Notes under the pieces: model-generated
Databases searched by the model: none
What the model was told of the DNA's origin: nothing
The model's input: the letters and a program-made list of their open reading frames with translations, nothing else
Translations under genes and position numbers: made by a program
Shown: positions 18,270-27,927 of the stretch, one piece after another
How positions within the stretch are numbered: the first letter of the stretch is position 1
Layout of the letters: each line of letters starts with the position of its first letter
Source of the DNA: a virus
Lineage: Duplodnaviria; Caudoviricetes
Virus record (IMG/VR): IMGVR_UViG_3300028832_000136
Span: 5,338 to 69,337 of that record
Direction: 5' to 3' (one strand)
DNA: 64,000 nt

Positions 18270-18666
18270 TAGTTGCAGTGGCATTATCATTCCTTGGAAA
18301 GCAGTAAAGCATATTGAACTTGGCAAGCAGACACTTGTTGAAGGTGAAACTGATGTGTATGATTTGGACTACTTTATGGTCGCCATTGACCTGAACATGG
18401 AAGACGAATTTGAAACATATCAGTATGAAGAAACAGTTGAAGCAAGAAACGAAACATTAAGAGAATTTCACGATTGTTCAGACATCACACATCTTTACAT
18501 TGACGGCAAAGAATATCGCCCGATTTGGAAACCCGGTGCGATGTTTACCAATCCGTGGCAAGAAAACCACAGACTAACAACATCTATGGGCGATAATGAA
18601 CTTTTCATTTCTATCGCCGAAAGATCCGATGAGGTATACATTTATGCGGGAGCAGAACTTAAATAA
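18226..18666 (+). CDS. Hypothetical protein
   Basis: GGAGG RBS. Confidence 0.65.
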   Translation: MQEKATDKMLEIRFDSCSGIIIPWKAVKHIELGKQTLVEGETDVYDLDYFMVAIDLNMEDEFETYQYEETVEARNETLREFHDCSDITHLYIDGKEYRPIWKPGAMFTNPWQENHRLTTSMGDNELFISIAERSDEVYIYAGAELK

Positions 18667-19456
18667 CATCAAGATCTTTGAGGACACTCAAAAGCAGTTT
18701 GAAACGAACTTGACCCTCAAGGAAGCAACTGAAGAAGCAAAGCGTTTTACTGCATTCTACTCAAATTGGAAAGGTGGTCCGATTGACCGTTTTGACGAAC
18801 CATGTAAGGTTGTCATCTCCAAGAAGAGTTCTTTTGACGCTGCAAGAGCATACGGTGGAAAGGTTGCGGTGCTTAACTTTGCATCTGCGACAAACCCAGG
18901 CGGTGGCGTGACGAAGGGCTCTAACGCTCAGGAAGAATGCCTTTGCCGTTGCTCTAACTTGTATCAGTGTTTGAACCAGAAGGAAATGTGGGACAAGTTC
19001 TACACACCGCATCGTCAGACTGGAACACCGTTGCACAATGACGATATGATCTTGTCAAGAGTGACGATCATCAAGTCGGACTCATACAATAATCTATACA
19101 GACCGTTCACGGCTGATGTGATTACTTGCGCTGCTCCGAACTTGCGTGAAACGCCGGCTAACGCCTACAACCACGAAAGAGGTGAAGGCGTCAAGATCTC
19201 GGCTGAGGATTTGATTAAGCTGCATGAACAGCGTGCTGAAGGTATCTTGAGCCTTGCAGCCTTCAACGGCGATGATCATATCATTGTCGGTGCATTCGGT
19301 TGCGGAGCATTTAAGAACCCGCCTGAACTTGTTGCTCGGGCTTGGAAAAATGTAATAGAGAAATACAGAAAATCATTTAAGACGATTGAATTTGCTATCT
19401 TCAGCAAGTTTGACACCGTCAATTATGACGCCTTTAAGGCAGTCTTAGAAGGATAA
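18644..19456 (+). CDS. Bacterial-type PARG macrodomain (TIGR02452/DUF2263 family)
   Basis: LNFASATNPGGG....SNAQEECLCRCS.LY, LVGAFGCGAF-type motif (IIVGAFGCGAFKNPP). Confidence 0.9.
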   Translation: MREQNLNNIKIFEDTQKQFETNLTLKEATEEAKRFTAFYSNWKGGPIDRFDEPCKVVISKKSSFDAARAYGGKVAVLNFASATNPGGGVTKGSNAQEECLCRCSNLYQCLNQKEMWDKFYTPHRQTGTPLHNDDMILSRVTIIKSDSYNNLYRPFTADVITCAAPNLRETPANAYNHERGEGVKISAEDLIKLHEQRAEGILSLAAFNGDDHIIVGAFGCGAFKNPPELVARAWKNVIEKYRKSFKTIEFAIFSKFDTVNYDAFKAVLEG

Positions 19457-19460
19457 CATT

Positions 19461-20540
19461 ATGAAAGCGTTTGTCTTATCAGACATACATACCGATATGT
19501 GGTTCTGCTATGCATGCAAGCCAAGTCGGTTAAAAGGCGACGATCCTAAGGAAGATGTGACCGTTGATACATTGGAATATCTCTGGAAGATGAGGGAATA
19601 TCCTTTGACAGACGCTATCATCGTCCCTGGTGACATCGCGAACGATTACTTGACTTACACACGGACCGTCAAGTGGTTGGCAGGAAAGTATAAGCAGGTC
19701 TACATCTGTTTCGGAAACCACGACATCCTCGTGAGGGGCGCGACTCCTTCGCAGTCTAACTTGCAGTTTGACACATCTGACCACAAGATTGCTGCGATAA
19801 AGGAATTTGCGAAGGCATACCCGAATGTTCATATTATGGACGGCGATGTCATTGACGGAATTGCCGGAACTATGGGTATGTGTGACCTGAAGTGCGAAGC
19901 ACCAGCTTGGGCTAACAACAAGTTTGACTGGAAGAAGTGGTTTGATGGAAAGCATTGGAAGCATCACATCAGTAAGGATCCCGAAGTTATCTGGAACCAT
20001 TACGATGAACAGATGACTAACATGCTGAAGCAGAAACCGAAGATCATCTTCACTCACTTCGTGCCGTATCAGGCAGGTGTATCATTTGAATATCGGAATG
20101 ACCCATGCAACAAGTTCTTCTATTTTGACGCTGAAAAGTATCTCGACATGATGGAAGACGGAACAAAGTGGTTCTGTGGGCATGTTCATGACAAGAAGAT
20201 CTGTCATTGGATAAACAAGAACGGTAATCACATTGACATCATCTGCAACCCGTCAGGTTACCCAGGTGAAGGCAACATGTATACCTCTGAAATCACATGC
20301 ACCGACAATAATGAACTCAAACGGGGTAGCAAAATCACGACTTGGGAAGACTTCATTGTTGACCTTGATGATTACGAGGATGTTGAACTTGAACTGACTG
20401 AGGAACAACTCGCTCAGCTTCAAGCAGCAGCCGACAAGGAAGGCATGACAGTTCAAAATTACATCAATCATATTCTTCGGACAGCGTTGAAGGACGGCAC
20501 GTTTGAAGAAGTTGTCAAGAAAATGAAGGAGAACCAATAA
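19461..20540 (+). CDS. Calcineurin-like metallophosphoesterase with C-terminal RHH-like module
   Basis: SDIHTD, GDIAN, GNHD, THFVP, GHVH, NPSGYPGE; tail LTEEQLAQLQAAADKEGMTVQNYI. Confidence 0.88.
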   Translation: MKAFVLSDIHTDMWFCYACKPSRLKGDDPKEDVTVDTLEYLWKMREYPLTDAIIVPGDIANDYLTYTRTVKWLAGKYKQVYICFGNHDILVRGATPSQSNLQFDTSDHKIAAIKEFAKAYPNVHIMDGDVIDGIAGTMGMCDLKCEAPAWANNKFDWKKWFDGKHWKHHISKDPEVIWNHYDEQMTNMLKQKPKIIFTHFVPYQAGVSFEYRNDPCNKFFYFDAEKYLDMMEDGTKWFCGHVHDKKICHWINKNGNHIDIICNPSGYPGEGNMYTSEITCTDNNELKRGSKITTWEDFIVDLDDYEDVELELTEEQLAQLQAAADKEGMTVQNYINHILRTALKDGTFEEVVKKMKENQ

Positions 20541-20614
20541 TGGGTGGCTTTTTCTTTGGACTTTTAATCGGATGGCTCTTGTGGGGTCATCGTTACTAAT
20601 AAGGAGACAAACAA

Positions 20615-21073
20615 ATGAAATGGACTTACAAGTTTGAAGCACAAATGGACACCAATGACGCCGATTATGTTGAAAAGAGCGGCGAACTTGGAACTTATGA
20701 TGACACTGACATGGAAGAAATGCTCATTGTCCATCTGCAGATGCTTTACCTGAACTGCTATGCCGGTCGCTTTGATGACGGCTATGCTGACGAGGAAGAA
20801 GTCATGAAGGACTTTACCGATGCTGCACATGGCTATGGCATTACAGACGGTGAGATTGATTGGTTCATCGAGAAGCACATGCGTGATGAATGGGAGTTCA
20901 AGCCGCGTGATCCTAACGACGATAGCCGTGCGCATGACCTTTACTTCACATTCTCTCGCATTCCTGCAAATGTAAAGGAAGAAGGCGTTGATGCAGATGA
21001 CATCCGCACATACTTTAAGCGTCAACCCATAAAAGACGAAGGGAACAATGATGAAGCTGAGGACGGCGATTAA
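20615..21073 (+). CDS. Acidic hypothetical protein
   Basis: GGAG RBS, 152 aa. Confidence 0.7.
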   Translation: MKWTYKFEAQMDTNDADYVEKSGELGTYDDTDMEEMLIVHLQMLYLNCYAGRFDDGYADEEEVMKDFTDAAHGYGITDGEIDWFIEKHMRDEWEFKPRDPNDDSRAHDLYFTFSRIPANVKEEGVDADDIRTYFKRQPIKDEGNNDEAEDGD

Positions 21074-21515
21074 AAATTGGCGTCTTTGCAGAAGGTACCC
21101 TTTCCTACGCCCACGCCGAGTGTGGGACGGAAAGGTCGTCCCTTTATGGCAATGGAAGGCTCAGTGGACCTGGCTTGACTCTTTCCCAGAGGGCTGGCGT
21201 CCATTCATCCTTTCCAAATTAGAAGAAGTTCGTCAGGTTCTTGTTGAATACGGTGAGCTTGACAATTTCAGAATAATTGACGCAAAAGAAAAATACGGTG
21301 AGGCTCGCATTTACTGGACAGGCGTGCTTGAAAAAGTACCTTATGACAAAGTGAATGACATTCTCATCCAGATGGAAATTGACTCGTGGAATTTTTGCTC
21401 CTCTTGCGGTGAATATGCAACGATGGAGTCAAAGGGCTACATACTACCGTTCTGCCCTAAATGCGCTAAAGCAGCAAAGCAGAAGGGTATAAAGTGTGTG
21501 CTAAAGAAGGAATGA
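21048..21515 (+). CDS. Conserved phage hypothetical protein with C-terminal Zn ribbon
   Basis: AKEKYGEARIY motif, CSSCG...CPKC. Confidence 0.7.
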   Translation: MMKLRTAIKNWRLCRRYPFLRPRRVWDGKVVPLWQWKAQWTWLDSFPEGWRPFILSKLEEVRQVLVEYGELDNFRIIDAKEKYGEARIYWTGVLEKVPYDKVNDILIQMEIDSWNFCSSCGEYATMESKGYILPFCPKCAKAAKQKGIKCVLKKE

Positions 21516-21516
21516 T

Positions 21517-22083
21517 ATGGCTAAGAATGGTTTTCCTCCCGGCGTGCTTAAGAACATGAAGGCGATGGGTATTAAGATGGAGGCTCGTAAAGTTGGTGAA
21601 CCCAAAGTAGAACGAAATCCGCAAGCACAGAAAATCCGTGACCAGATTGAAGCACTCGGACAGCAAAAGCGTGCGATAGACGAGAAGATCTCGAAACTTT
21701 ACACGCTGATGAACGAGGCAAACTGTTCTGACCTTACTGGGCAGTATGCTGGCAAGTTTTTGATACATTACACTGACCGTAGCATGGCTGGTGGCATTAT
21801 GAGTAGAAAAGCAGTTCAAATTCAGTACTGCGACCATGTGACTTATGAAGGTAATGGGTTCATGCGTTTCATGGGTCATGAAATCTGCGTTAAAGATTAT
21901 GACCTAGAGAAAACCCTTGAATGGGCGGACGGTGAAAAATTTGAAGAACTTGACATCTACTTCTCAAGCATTGACGATGTCTGGACGAAAGATCAGGTAT
22001 TTGCCTATCTTGATAAATTTAAGATAACTGTTGACTCACAATTTGAATCCTATAAGAAGAGGATTGAATCATGCTTAAAATAA
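21517..22083 (+). CDS. Hypothetical protein
   Basis: 188 aa, AAGGA RBS. Confidence 0.7.
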   Translation: MAKNGFPPGVLKNMKAMGIKMEARKVGEPKVERNPQAQKIRDQIEALGQQKRAIDEKISKLYTLMNEANCSDLTGQYAGKFLIHYTDRSMAGGIMSRKAVQIQYCDHVTYEGNGFMRFMGHEICVKDYDLEKTLEWADGEKFEELDIYFSSIDDVWTKDQVFAYLDKFKITVDSQFESYKKRIESCLK

Positions 22084-22754
22084 ACTCTAACTTTCAAGAC
22101 TATTACGATTCTGCCATCGGATCATTCCCCGACTCTGATGTAGAAATTCGTCGCTTTGGAAAAATCGTCAAAGTGCCTTTCACTGAAATGGCACCGCTCG
22201 GCGACTTCCGCGGCACAATTAAGAACGCAGACGGCAAGGATGACTACATCCGAATGGTTGGTTTTTGCGGGAAGTGGTATTTCGGTGTCTTCAAAGAATT
22301 TAAAGACGCAGAAGGTCACTTCTTGACAAAGCTCGCTTGGGTTCCTTGGTCAGAAATCGTTGAGACAAATTCAACAACTTATTCAAAATGGATGGGTAAG
22401 GTTTTTGCTCAAAGGAATTACAACTATCCTGACCCAAACAATTCTGAATATTGGACAAAGACCATCTTTGAAAAGTATGGTCCGGTTCTGGCTATTGAAT
22501 TTTACAAGGTGCCAGCCATGTTCAAGAATGCCAATGATCATACTGTTGAGATGTATGTATGGCCTAACCTTCATGGCTGGGGTTTCCACGGGGCAAAGGA
22601 TGCTTACACAGCTTTGTGGGAAATTGAACATTGGATTGATGTTCATGCCCGTCCTGATGATGCCGTTGTTCCTGTCGGCGATGATGTGACTCGCTTGCAG
22701 GCATACGGCTTTGACAAGAAGACAAGTTTCAGAAAGCCAAAGGAGCAGAAATGA
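22071..22754 (+). CDS. Hypothetical protein
   Basis: 227 aa; DYYD N-terminus, AYGFDKKTSFRK end. Confidence 0.75.
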   Translation: MLKINSNFQDYYDSAIGSFPDSDVEIRRFGKIVKVPFTEMAPLGDFRGTIKNADGKDDYIRMVGFCGKWYFGVFKEFKDAEGHFLTKLAWVPWSEIVETNSTTYSKWMGKVFAQRNYNYPDPNNSEYWTKTIFEKYGPVLAIEFYKVPAMFKNANDHTVEMYVWPNLHGWGFHGAKDAYTALWEIEHWIDVHARPDDAVVPVGDDVTRLQAYGFDKKTSFRKPKEQK

Positions 22755-23011
22755 AAACAGAAGTGACTGAATTTGAGTCATCATTTGACTTTTATGTCGT
22801 TGCTTTGATAGACAATGCAACAAATAAGACAGTTCAGTATTATAAGAATACATGGCAGACTGTCAACTCTCCGATTGAAGCACAGCACTTTCATACACAA
22901 ACATGGGCGAAGAAACGCGCTGATGATTGCCGCGAAAAGTATCCGAATTATCATCCGAAGGTTGTTCGTTATCGTGCAGACTTTCAGGCTATCGTCGCCG
23001 AAAGAGGATAA
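22751..23011 (+). CDS. Hypothetical protein
   Basis: AAGGAG RBS. Confidence 0.65.
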   Translation: MKTEVTEFESSFDFYVVALIDNATNKTVQYYKNTWQTVNSPIEAQHFHTQTWAKKRADDCREKYPNYHPKVVRYRADFQAIVAERG

Positions 23012-23278
23012 ATGGTTTACATCGGAAAATTAGAAGATCTCGTCGTCACCCACAGAAGTGACGGCTATGTTGAGTATCGCCTACCAAACTGCGACTTTTG
23101 CCTTTTCAGAGTTCACATGCCAACTCTGAATAGCTTTAACATGACTGAGGAAGAAAAGGCTCTTGGTCTACGCCTTTGTCTCGAAGCTAGAATTAAAGGC
23201 AGCGTTTGGTTTGGCGACATTTTGAAACGCGAAGACAATGACTATTCAAAAATGTTAACAGTAACACGAGGTATATAA
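23012..23278 (+). CDS. Hypothetical protein
   Basis: GAGGA RBS. Confidence 0.65.
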   Translation: MVYIGKLEDLVVTHRSDGYVEYRLPNCDFCLFRVHMPTLNSFNMTEEEKALGLRLCLEARIKGSVWFGDILKREDNDYSKMLTVTRGI

Positions 23279-23478
23279 TGGGACTATTCTCATCAGAATA
23301 CAAATTCAGCTGTAAATTCAAATCCCCAACTAAGGGAGAAGGCAAACTCAGCTGCGTATTGACAATGGGACGCTTCTGCAGCAAGATGGAAGCTCTTGAA
23401 CAGCTTCAAGAAGAATTGACTGCAAAGTGTGCTGACGCAAAAATCATCGTAGACACCGTTAAATTCGAGAAGCTCTAA
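23278..23478 (+). CDS. Hypothetical protein
   Basis: TAATG coupling. Confidence 0.6.
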   Translation: MGLFSSEYKFSCKFKSPTKGEGKLSCVLTMGRFCSKMEALEQLQEELTAKCADAKIIVDTVKFEKL

Positions 23479-23948
23479 TGGCAGATAAAGAATTAGAAGA
23501 AATGCTTAATGCCGGTCATCAGGAAGTTCACATCGGTGAACCTAAAGTTGACTGGAACATGTGGCATAAGCCAATACAGGAAAGTCTTCGTGCCTTTGAC
23601 ATAAGCACGACTGTATCATTGTGTAAGCGTCTTGGCATCACATTTTCTTACGAAGATGATGGAATGAATTTGTCTGATTTGCGAAATTGGGTTGAGGATG
23701 TTTGCGAAGGCCTTGTGTTGTGGTTCACAACCGGCAACCGTTATGAGGCAACAGGCGTCAATACCTATCGTGAAGAAGATACCGGCATTCTTGTCGGTGA
23801 AATTCAACTCCATGCGCCATGTGATGACGATGACGAAATCATTAACCCGGTAATTCAAATCAAGCTGCGAAAGACATCGCCAACTGATGATGACCCAAAT
23901 CCTTGGTGGTTTGACATTTCATTCATTTTGGCATCGCAGATGTTTTAG
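23478..23948 (+). CDS. Hypothetical protein
   Basis: TAATG coupling, 156 aa. Confidence 0.7.
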   Translation: MADKELEEMLNAGHQEVHIGEPKVDWNMWHKPIQESLRAFDISTTVSLCKRLGITFSYEDDGMNLSDLRNWVEDVCEGLVLWFTTGNRYEATGVNTYREEDTGILVGEIQLHAPCDDDDEIINPVIQIKLRKTSPTDDDPNPWWFDISFILASQMF

Positions 23949-23988
23949 AAAATTTTCACCCACTACATAAAATCAGCAAAATCTTTTT

Positions 23989-23994
23989 TATATT
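23989..23994 (+). promoter_or_regulatory. -10 element TATATT after a T-tract
   Basis: Recurrent intergenic motif; no clear -35. Confidence 0.5.
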
Positions 23995-24021
23995 TTTGTT
24001 TGAATTTTTCAAGGAGAAATC

Positions 24022-24657
24022 ATGCAAGAATATAATAAAGACAATGCGATGAAGACAATGTTTGACATGCAAGAATCTTTGCAGAACGCTATCGGCGCAA
24101 AGAGAGGCACCCTCTGTCCTAACACTTGGAACCAGGACATCCCGGACAAGTATAGAACAATGGCTATTGAGTCAGGGTACTACATGATGTCAACTGTCAC
24201 CGAACTTTTTGAGTTCTTTGAACAGTATAAGAAGGACAACTATCAGTTCACCGATCTTGTCAAGTTTGAACTTATTGACGCTTGGCATTTCGTTATGAAC
24301 CAGCTTCTTTACATGAACATCAAGCCTACTCAGACCGTTGAATGGTTCTACAACAAGGCAAAGGAAAACATTGCTCAGGTAGACTTCGTAAATCATGACC
24401 TCTATCATATTGTTGGCGGCGTGGTTGAAACGATGGGTGAAATTTATCAAAACTCTTCTTACAAGAAGTGGAAGACATACGACCAGCCGAAGGAAGATGC
24501 TTTGAAGTTGCAGGTTCTCGCCGAAAACTTCTTGCTGAAGTTCTTTGAGTTGTTCGTTGTGGTTGGAATGAAGCCAGAAGACATCTGGAAGTTCTATTAC
24601 GAAAAGAACGCTGAAAATTTCAAGCGTCAAGAAAAAGGCGGAAGATATGAAAAGTGA
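24022..24657 (+). CDS. All-alpha dUTPase/dCTPase, T4 gp56-like
   Basis: ELFE, ELIDAWHFVMN, KNAENFKRQ. Confidence 0.85.
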   Translation: MQEYNKDNAMKTMFDMQESLQNAIGAKRGTLCPNTWNQDIPDKYRTMAIESGYYMMSTVTELFEFFEQYKKDNYQFTDLVKFELIDAWHFVMNQLLYMNIKPTQTVEWFYNKAKENIAQVDFVNHDLYHIVGGVVETMGEIYQNSSYKKWKTYDQPKEDALKLQVLAENFLLKFFELFVVVGMKPEDIWKFYYEKNAENFKRQEKGGRYEK

Positions 24658-24802
24658 TTTTCTAGGTTGGTTTGGTATTCTGCTCGGCATGGGAATTGCT
24701 TTGACCCTGCTGGCGGGTATCTCTAAATCCTCTTACGAGGATCTGCATCGCAATGATGCACCAGTCACCGTTGAGACGGAAATTCAATCATCAAGCAATT
24801 AA
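24647..24802 (+). CDS. Small membrane protein (51 aa; not in track)
   Basis: Hydrophobic N-terminal helix. Confidence 0.55.
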   Translation: MKSDFLGWFGILLGMGIALTLLAGISKSSYEDLHRNDAPVTVETEIQSSSN

Positions 24803-24880
24803 AGAAAAGTTTTCGCTTGTTCCAATCACAGGCGAAATCTTTTTTATATTTTAATCAGTTTTCAAATAGGAGAAATCAAA

Positions 24881-25642
24881 ATGATTAAAGAAATGAACTA
24901 TGATCCCAAGTTTATCAGCCTCATGACTGAACTTGCAGCCATCAACCCTCAACTGATTTTCAAGCAGGCAGATGACAAGGTATCTGTCAAGGCTATTGAA
25001 GCAAAGAACAAGTCAGTTTGCTTCTTCCTTGATGCACCGGCAACTGCATTCGGATTTGAATCTGAAAGCTTGGCAGTCATTGACTTCAACCGTCTTGTAA
25101 GCTATTACAACACATTCAATGTTGCAGGCAAGACAGCTGAAACAACTTCTACTCCAGTGCTGTCTGTTGAATACAGCGATGACGAAGCAACAGAAGCAAT
25201 CGTCATGCACATCAAGAGCTCGAAGCAGAAGGCTGCATTCCGTCACCGTCTCGCAAACGAAGATGTGATTGTGAAGCCGAACTTCAGCCGTATCAAGTTC
25301 CCTTCTACCGATGCTTCCTTCGCATTGACAAAGGACCAGCTCGATGATTTGAACAAGATGCAGAAGTTGACATCTGCAGACCGTATCAAGTGGGCATTCC
25401 ATGACTCCGTCTGCACCGTGACTTTGTTCAACACCAGAACAAACGATACATATGAAAATGACTTCATCATTGATGCAAGCGTTGAAACACCGTTTGACTT
25501 CACCACTGTCGCAGAAGGTATCGGTCTTCTCCCAGATGGCGGATACAAGATCGTTGTTTCAAAGGCCGGTATCATGTCCTGGACCCAGGACCGCACCGAC
25601 GACATCAATCTTGAACTCTACATCGCCAAGACTGGTAAGTAA
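24881..25642 (+). CDS. gp45: DNA polymerase sliding clamp
   Basis: LMTELAAINPQLIF, LAVIDFNRL, alternating clamp-like pattern, 253 aa; TATATT at 24845. Confidence 0.8.
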   Translation: MIKEMNYDPKFISLMTELAAINPQLIFKQADDKVSVKAIEAKNKSVCFFLDAPATAFGFESESLAVIDFNRLVSYYNTFNVAGKTAETTSTPVLSVEYSDDEATEAIVMHIKSSKQKAAFRHRLANEDVIVKPNFSRIKFPSTDASFALTKDQLDDLNKMQKLTSADRIKWAFHDSVCTVTLFNTRTNDTYENDFIIDASVETPFDFTTVAEGIGLLPDGGYKIVVSKAGIMSWTQDRTDDINLELYIAKTGK

Positions 25643-26631
25643 TGAGTGAAGAAAATCCGCAAGGATTGAAAGGGCAGGCGGAAAAGCCTGCCTTTTTTGA
25701 TCTTGAAGTTAGCGACGAATTTATCGGCAAGATCATTGATGGCATAGCACCCTCATACATTCGTGAGGATCCTATTGCTCGTAAGATGATAACCGAAATG
25801 TATAGAGCGGCGTTAAATGTGCATAGAGATGAGTTCTTTGTGCTACAGTCAAACTATCGCGCCTATTCGCTAACCAAGCTTGATGAGCATCTACGAGCAA
25901 CAAAACATCCTACCTTTGAATACGATACAAATGACACTACACAGTATATCTTAACTGAAGCGTGGAAGGCAAAAAAGATCGTTGCTGATGCGACATACAA
26001 GGCGTGGGAAGCGGATAAGAACAAGTGGATAAAGGCTACTGGTTGGAACACAAAGAAAGGTAAACGGCACGGCGGGCGTCTTGAAAAGAAAATGCCAAAG
26101 TGTCCACCTTTGTTTACCGACGCATACCCGACACCTCGCATTTTCATTGAAGAACTTAAACCTGAATTTGAAAAGAGGTTTAAGCCATATAAGCATGATG
26201 CATTTTGCTGGGTTCTGCAAGGCTTCATGTGTTTTATGCTTGACCTACATACTGACTTCCTTTTGAAACATCCCAACTTCTTTTCAGTTAAGATGAATGA
26301 GCTTGAGGTGCTTTATTTCGGAAATATGTCTTTGAAGTTCTGGAGAACCTTCTGCGAACATCAAAGGGATCATGCCCATAATCAAGCCAGAAATAAACTT
26401 ACAGAAACGAACGAAACTTACTTGCAGGCATTGAAGGACTACTGTATAGTCCATGGTAAAAGAAACTATGACTTAGTGCATACACCAAACTGGCTAGGAT
26501 GGTGGACACCTTCGGAACAGTTCGAGCAGTACTTATATGCAACTTTGAGTGACGGCGTTCAACAGTACCATAAGATTCGTAATAAGTCAGAGAAAATCTA
26601 TAACATAAGATCAGAAGCTTCATATTCCTAA
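25642..26631 (+). CDS. Hypothetical protein
   Basis: 329 aa coupled to the clamp gene. Confidence 0.75.
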   Translation: MSEENPQGLKGQAEKPAFFDLEVSDEFIGKIIDGIAPSYIREDPIARKMITEMYRAALNVHRDEFFVLQSNYRAYSLTKLDEHLRATKHPTFEYDTNDTTQYILTEAWKAKKIVADATYKAWEADKNKWIKATGWNTKKGKRHGGRLEKKMPKCPPLFTDAYPTPRIFIEELKPEFEKRFKPYKHDAFCWVLQGFMCFMLDLHTDFLLKHPNFFSVKMNELEVLYFGNMSLKFWRTFCEHQRDHAHNQARNKLTETNETYLQALKDYCIVHGKRNYDLVHTPNWLGWWTPSEQFEQYLYATLSDGVQQYHKIRNKSEKIYNIRSEASYS

Positions 26632-26656
26632 TAGCTTTTGAGAAATTTTTTAGTTG

Positions 26657-26693
26657 CGGTGGGGTTTACAACCTCACCGTTTTTTGTTATTTT
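26657..26693 (+). terminator. Terminator/promoter composite
   Basis: CGGTGGGGT/ACCTCACCG stem; TTTACA (26665)-17-TATTTT (26688). Confidence 0.75.
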
Positions 26694-26721
26694 TTATTTG
26701 TAAACTACAAAGAGGTAAACT

Positions 26722-26991
26722 ATGTGTTTAGTCTGTGACATAATCAACAACCGTATTCCGAAAGAGACTGCGCAGAAAATCAACGCCGATAACAATCTGC
26801 GTGTTGTGTATGACGCTCTCCGCGGACCTAACTGCGAAGGAGAAACTATCAAGAGCATTTTGGAATACTTCCAAGCTCACAATTGGAAACCAGAAGAAAT
26901 CCGTGATGTTTCCGTTGACTGGTGTAATAAGGTCAAGGAAAAAGCCAAAAAGAAGAAAGAGCTTAAAAAGGAAGCGGCGGTATTGAAATGA
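26722..26991 (+). CDS. Hypothetical protein
   Basis: GAGGT RBS. Confidence 0.7.
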   Translation: MCLVCDIINNRIPKETAQKINADNNLRVVYDALRGPNCEGETIKSILEYFQAHNWKPEEIRDVSVDWCNKVKEKAKKKKELKKEAAVLK

Positions 26992-27218
26992 TGTATAACC
27001 TCAAAAGCGATGAAGACATCAAGCTCGCTCGGGAACTTACAACGAGCGGATTTGACTGTGCATACGGCGTGAACCAATTTAACCATCGCTTGCTTCTAAA
27101 CCTGCACATCAAGACATTTTCACAACTTCAGACAGTATTCGCAAAGAGCGATGCAGACATTGCGAAACGCGAAAAGATTGAAAGTTTGAAGCGTGAAAAG
27201 CTCAATGGTTTGAGGTAA
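26988..27218 (+). CDS. Hypothetical protein
   Basis: ATGA overlap. Confidence 0.65.
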   Translation: MMYNLKSDEDIKLARELTTSGFDCAYGVNQFNHRLLLNLHIKTFSQLQTVFAKSDADIAKREKIESLKREKLNGLR

Positions 27219-27234
27219 TTTTCATCCCAAATAT

Positions 27235-27303
27235 GATGTTTGGCGCCTCAAAAAATTTTTGCCGATAAATCTATTGTCTAATTTTTTGACGCTTTCAAAC
27301 ATC
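27235..27303. repeat. Long imperfect inverted repeat
   Basis: GATGTTTG/CAAACATC, GCG/CGC and TCAAAAAATT/AATTTTTTGA nested arms. Confidence 0.75.
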
Positions 27304-27384
27304 CTTTTTGCACAAAACATACTACTTAGGAAAAATTACAACTCAACTTAAAAATGGCGAAAACTTTGTTAAATTTTACACAAA

Positions 27385-27710
27385 CAAAAACCTATTGCTG
27401 TCTCGGAGTTCAACTCAATGAATTGTCGGTTAAGCGTAGGTCGCCGCGGGTTGAGACGAACCGCAGAAAAAGGTGAAAGTCAGCGAAGTGGAAATTAGCA
27501 GTTTTCACACATAGCCGTCACGCGCTTAGGAAATGTAGTCGGAGTACAGGGTGACCGTCCCGTAAGTTCCTAGTAAGACGCCTTGCATTGTCATACGGTT
27601 CAGCAGTTAGAAGAAAGAAGACATTCACTGCTGTGGGCCGGAGATTTGTAAGTTCCCCACTGGGCTTACTGTCTCCGGTTCTCAGTTACAGAAAGAAGAA
27701 CAAGGAACTG
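27385..27710 (+). ncRNA. Candidate structured ncRNA, family unknown
   Basis: GC-richer ORF-poor stretch after a -10 (TAAATT 27370) with several complementary helices. Confidence 0.5.
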
Positions 27711-27714
27711 AAAA

Positions 27715-27927
27715 TTGTTTTCAAAATACATACATACTTTGAAATTCTCGTGCAGCGGGAAAAATTACACTTCAACGATTGAAGACGATATGCCACACGA
27801 CGAATGGCTGAAGGTTATTGCTCGCTGTAAGACAAAGGTGTTCGGAAACACACTGCAGGTCATTTCGGCAAAAACGGAGGAAAGAGATGAGCAACAAGAA
27901 ATCTCAGATAATTCTGTATCACGCTAA
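27715..27927 (+). CDS. Hypothetical protein (TTG start)
   Basis: AAGGAA at about 27702. Confidence 0.5.
   Translation: MFSKYIHTLKFSCSGKNYTSTIEDDMPHDEWLKVIARCKTKVFGNTLQVISAKTEERDEQQEISDNSVSR

Noticed and set aside
27440-27680. RNase P RNA resemblance (GCAGAAA, GGTGAAA, GGGCTTA)
   Set aside because: No GAGGAAAGUCC upstream and no P1/P4 pairing in the right order; kept only as an unknown ncRNA
27385-27710. tRNA or tmRNA
   Set aside because: No cloverleaf, GTTC-type T-arm or CCA end found by eye; a tRNAscan/ARAGORN run would settle it
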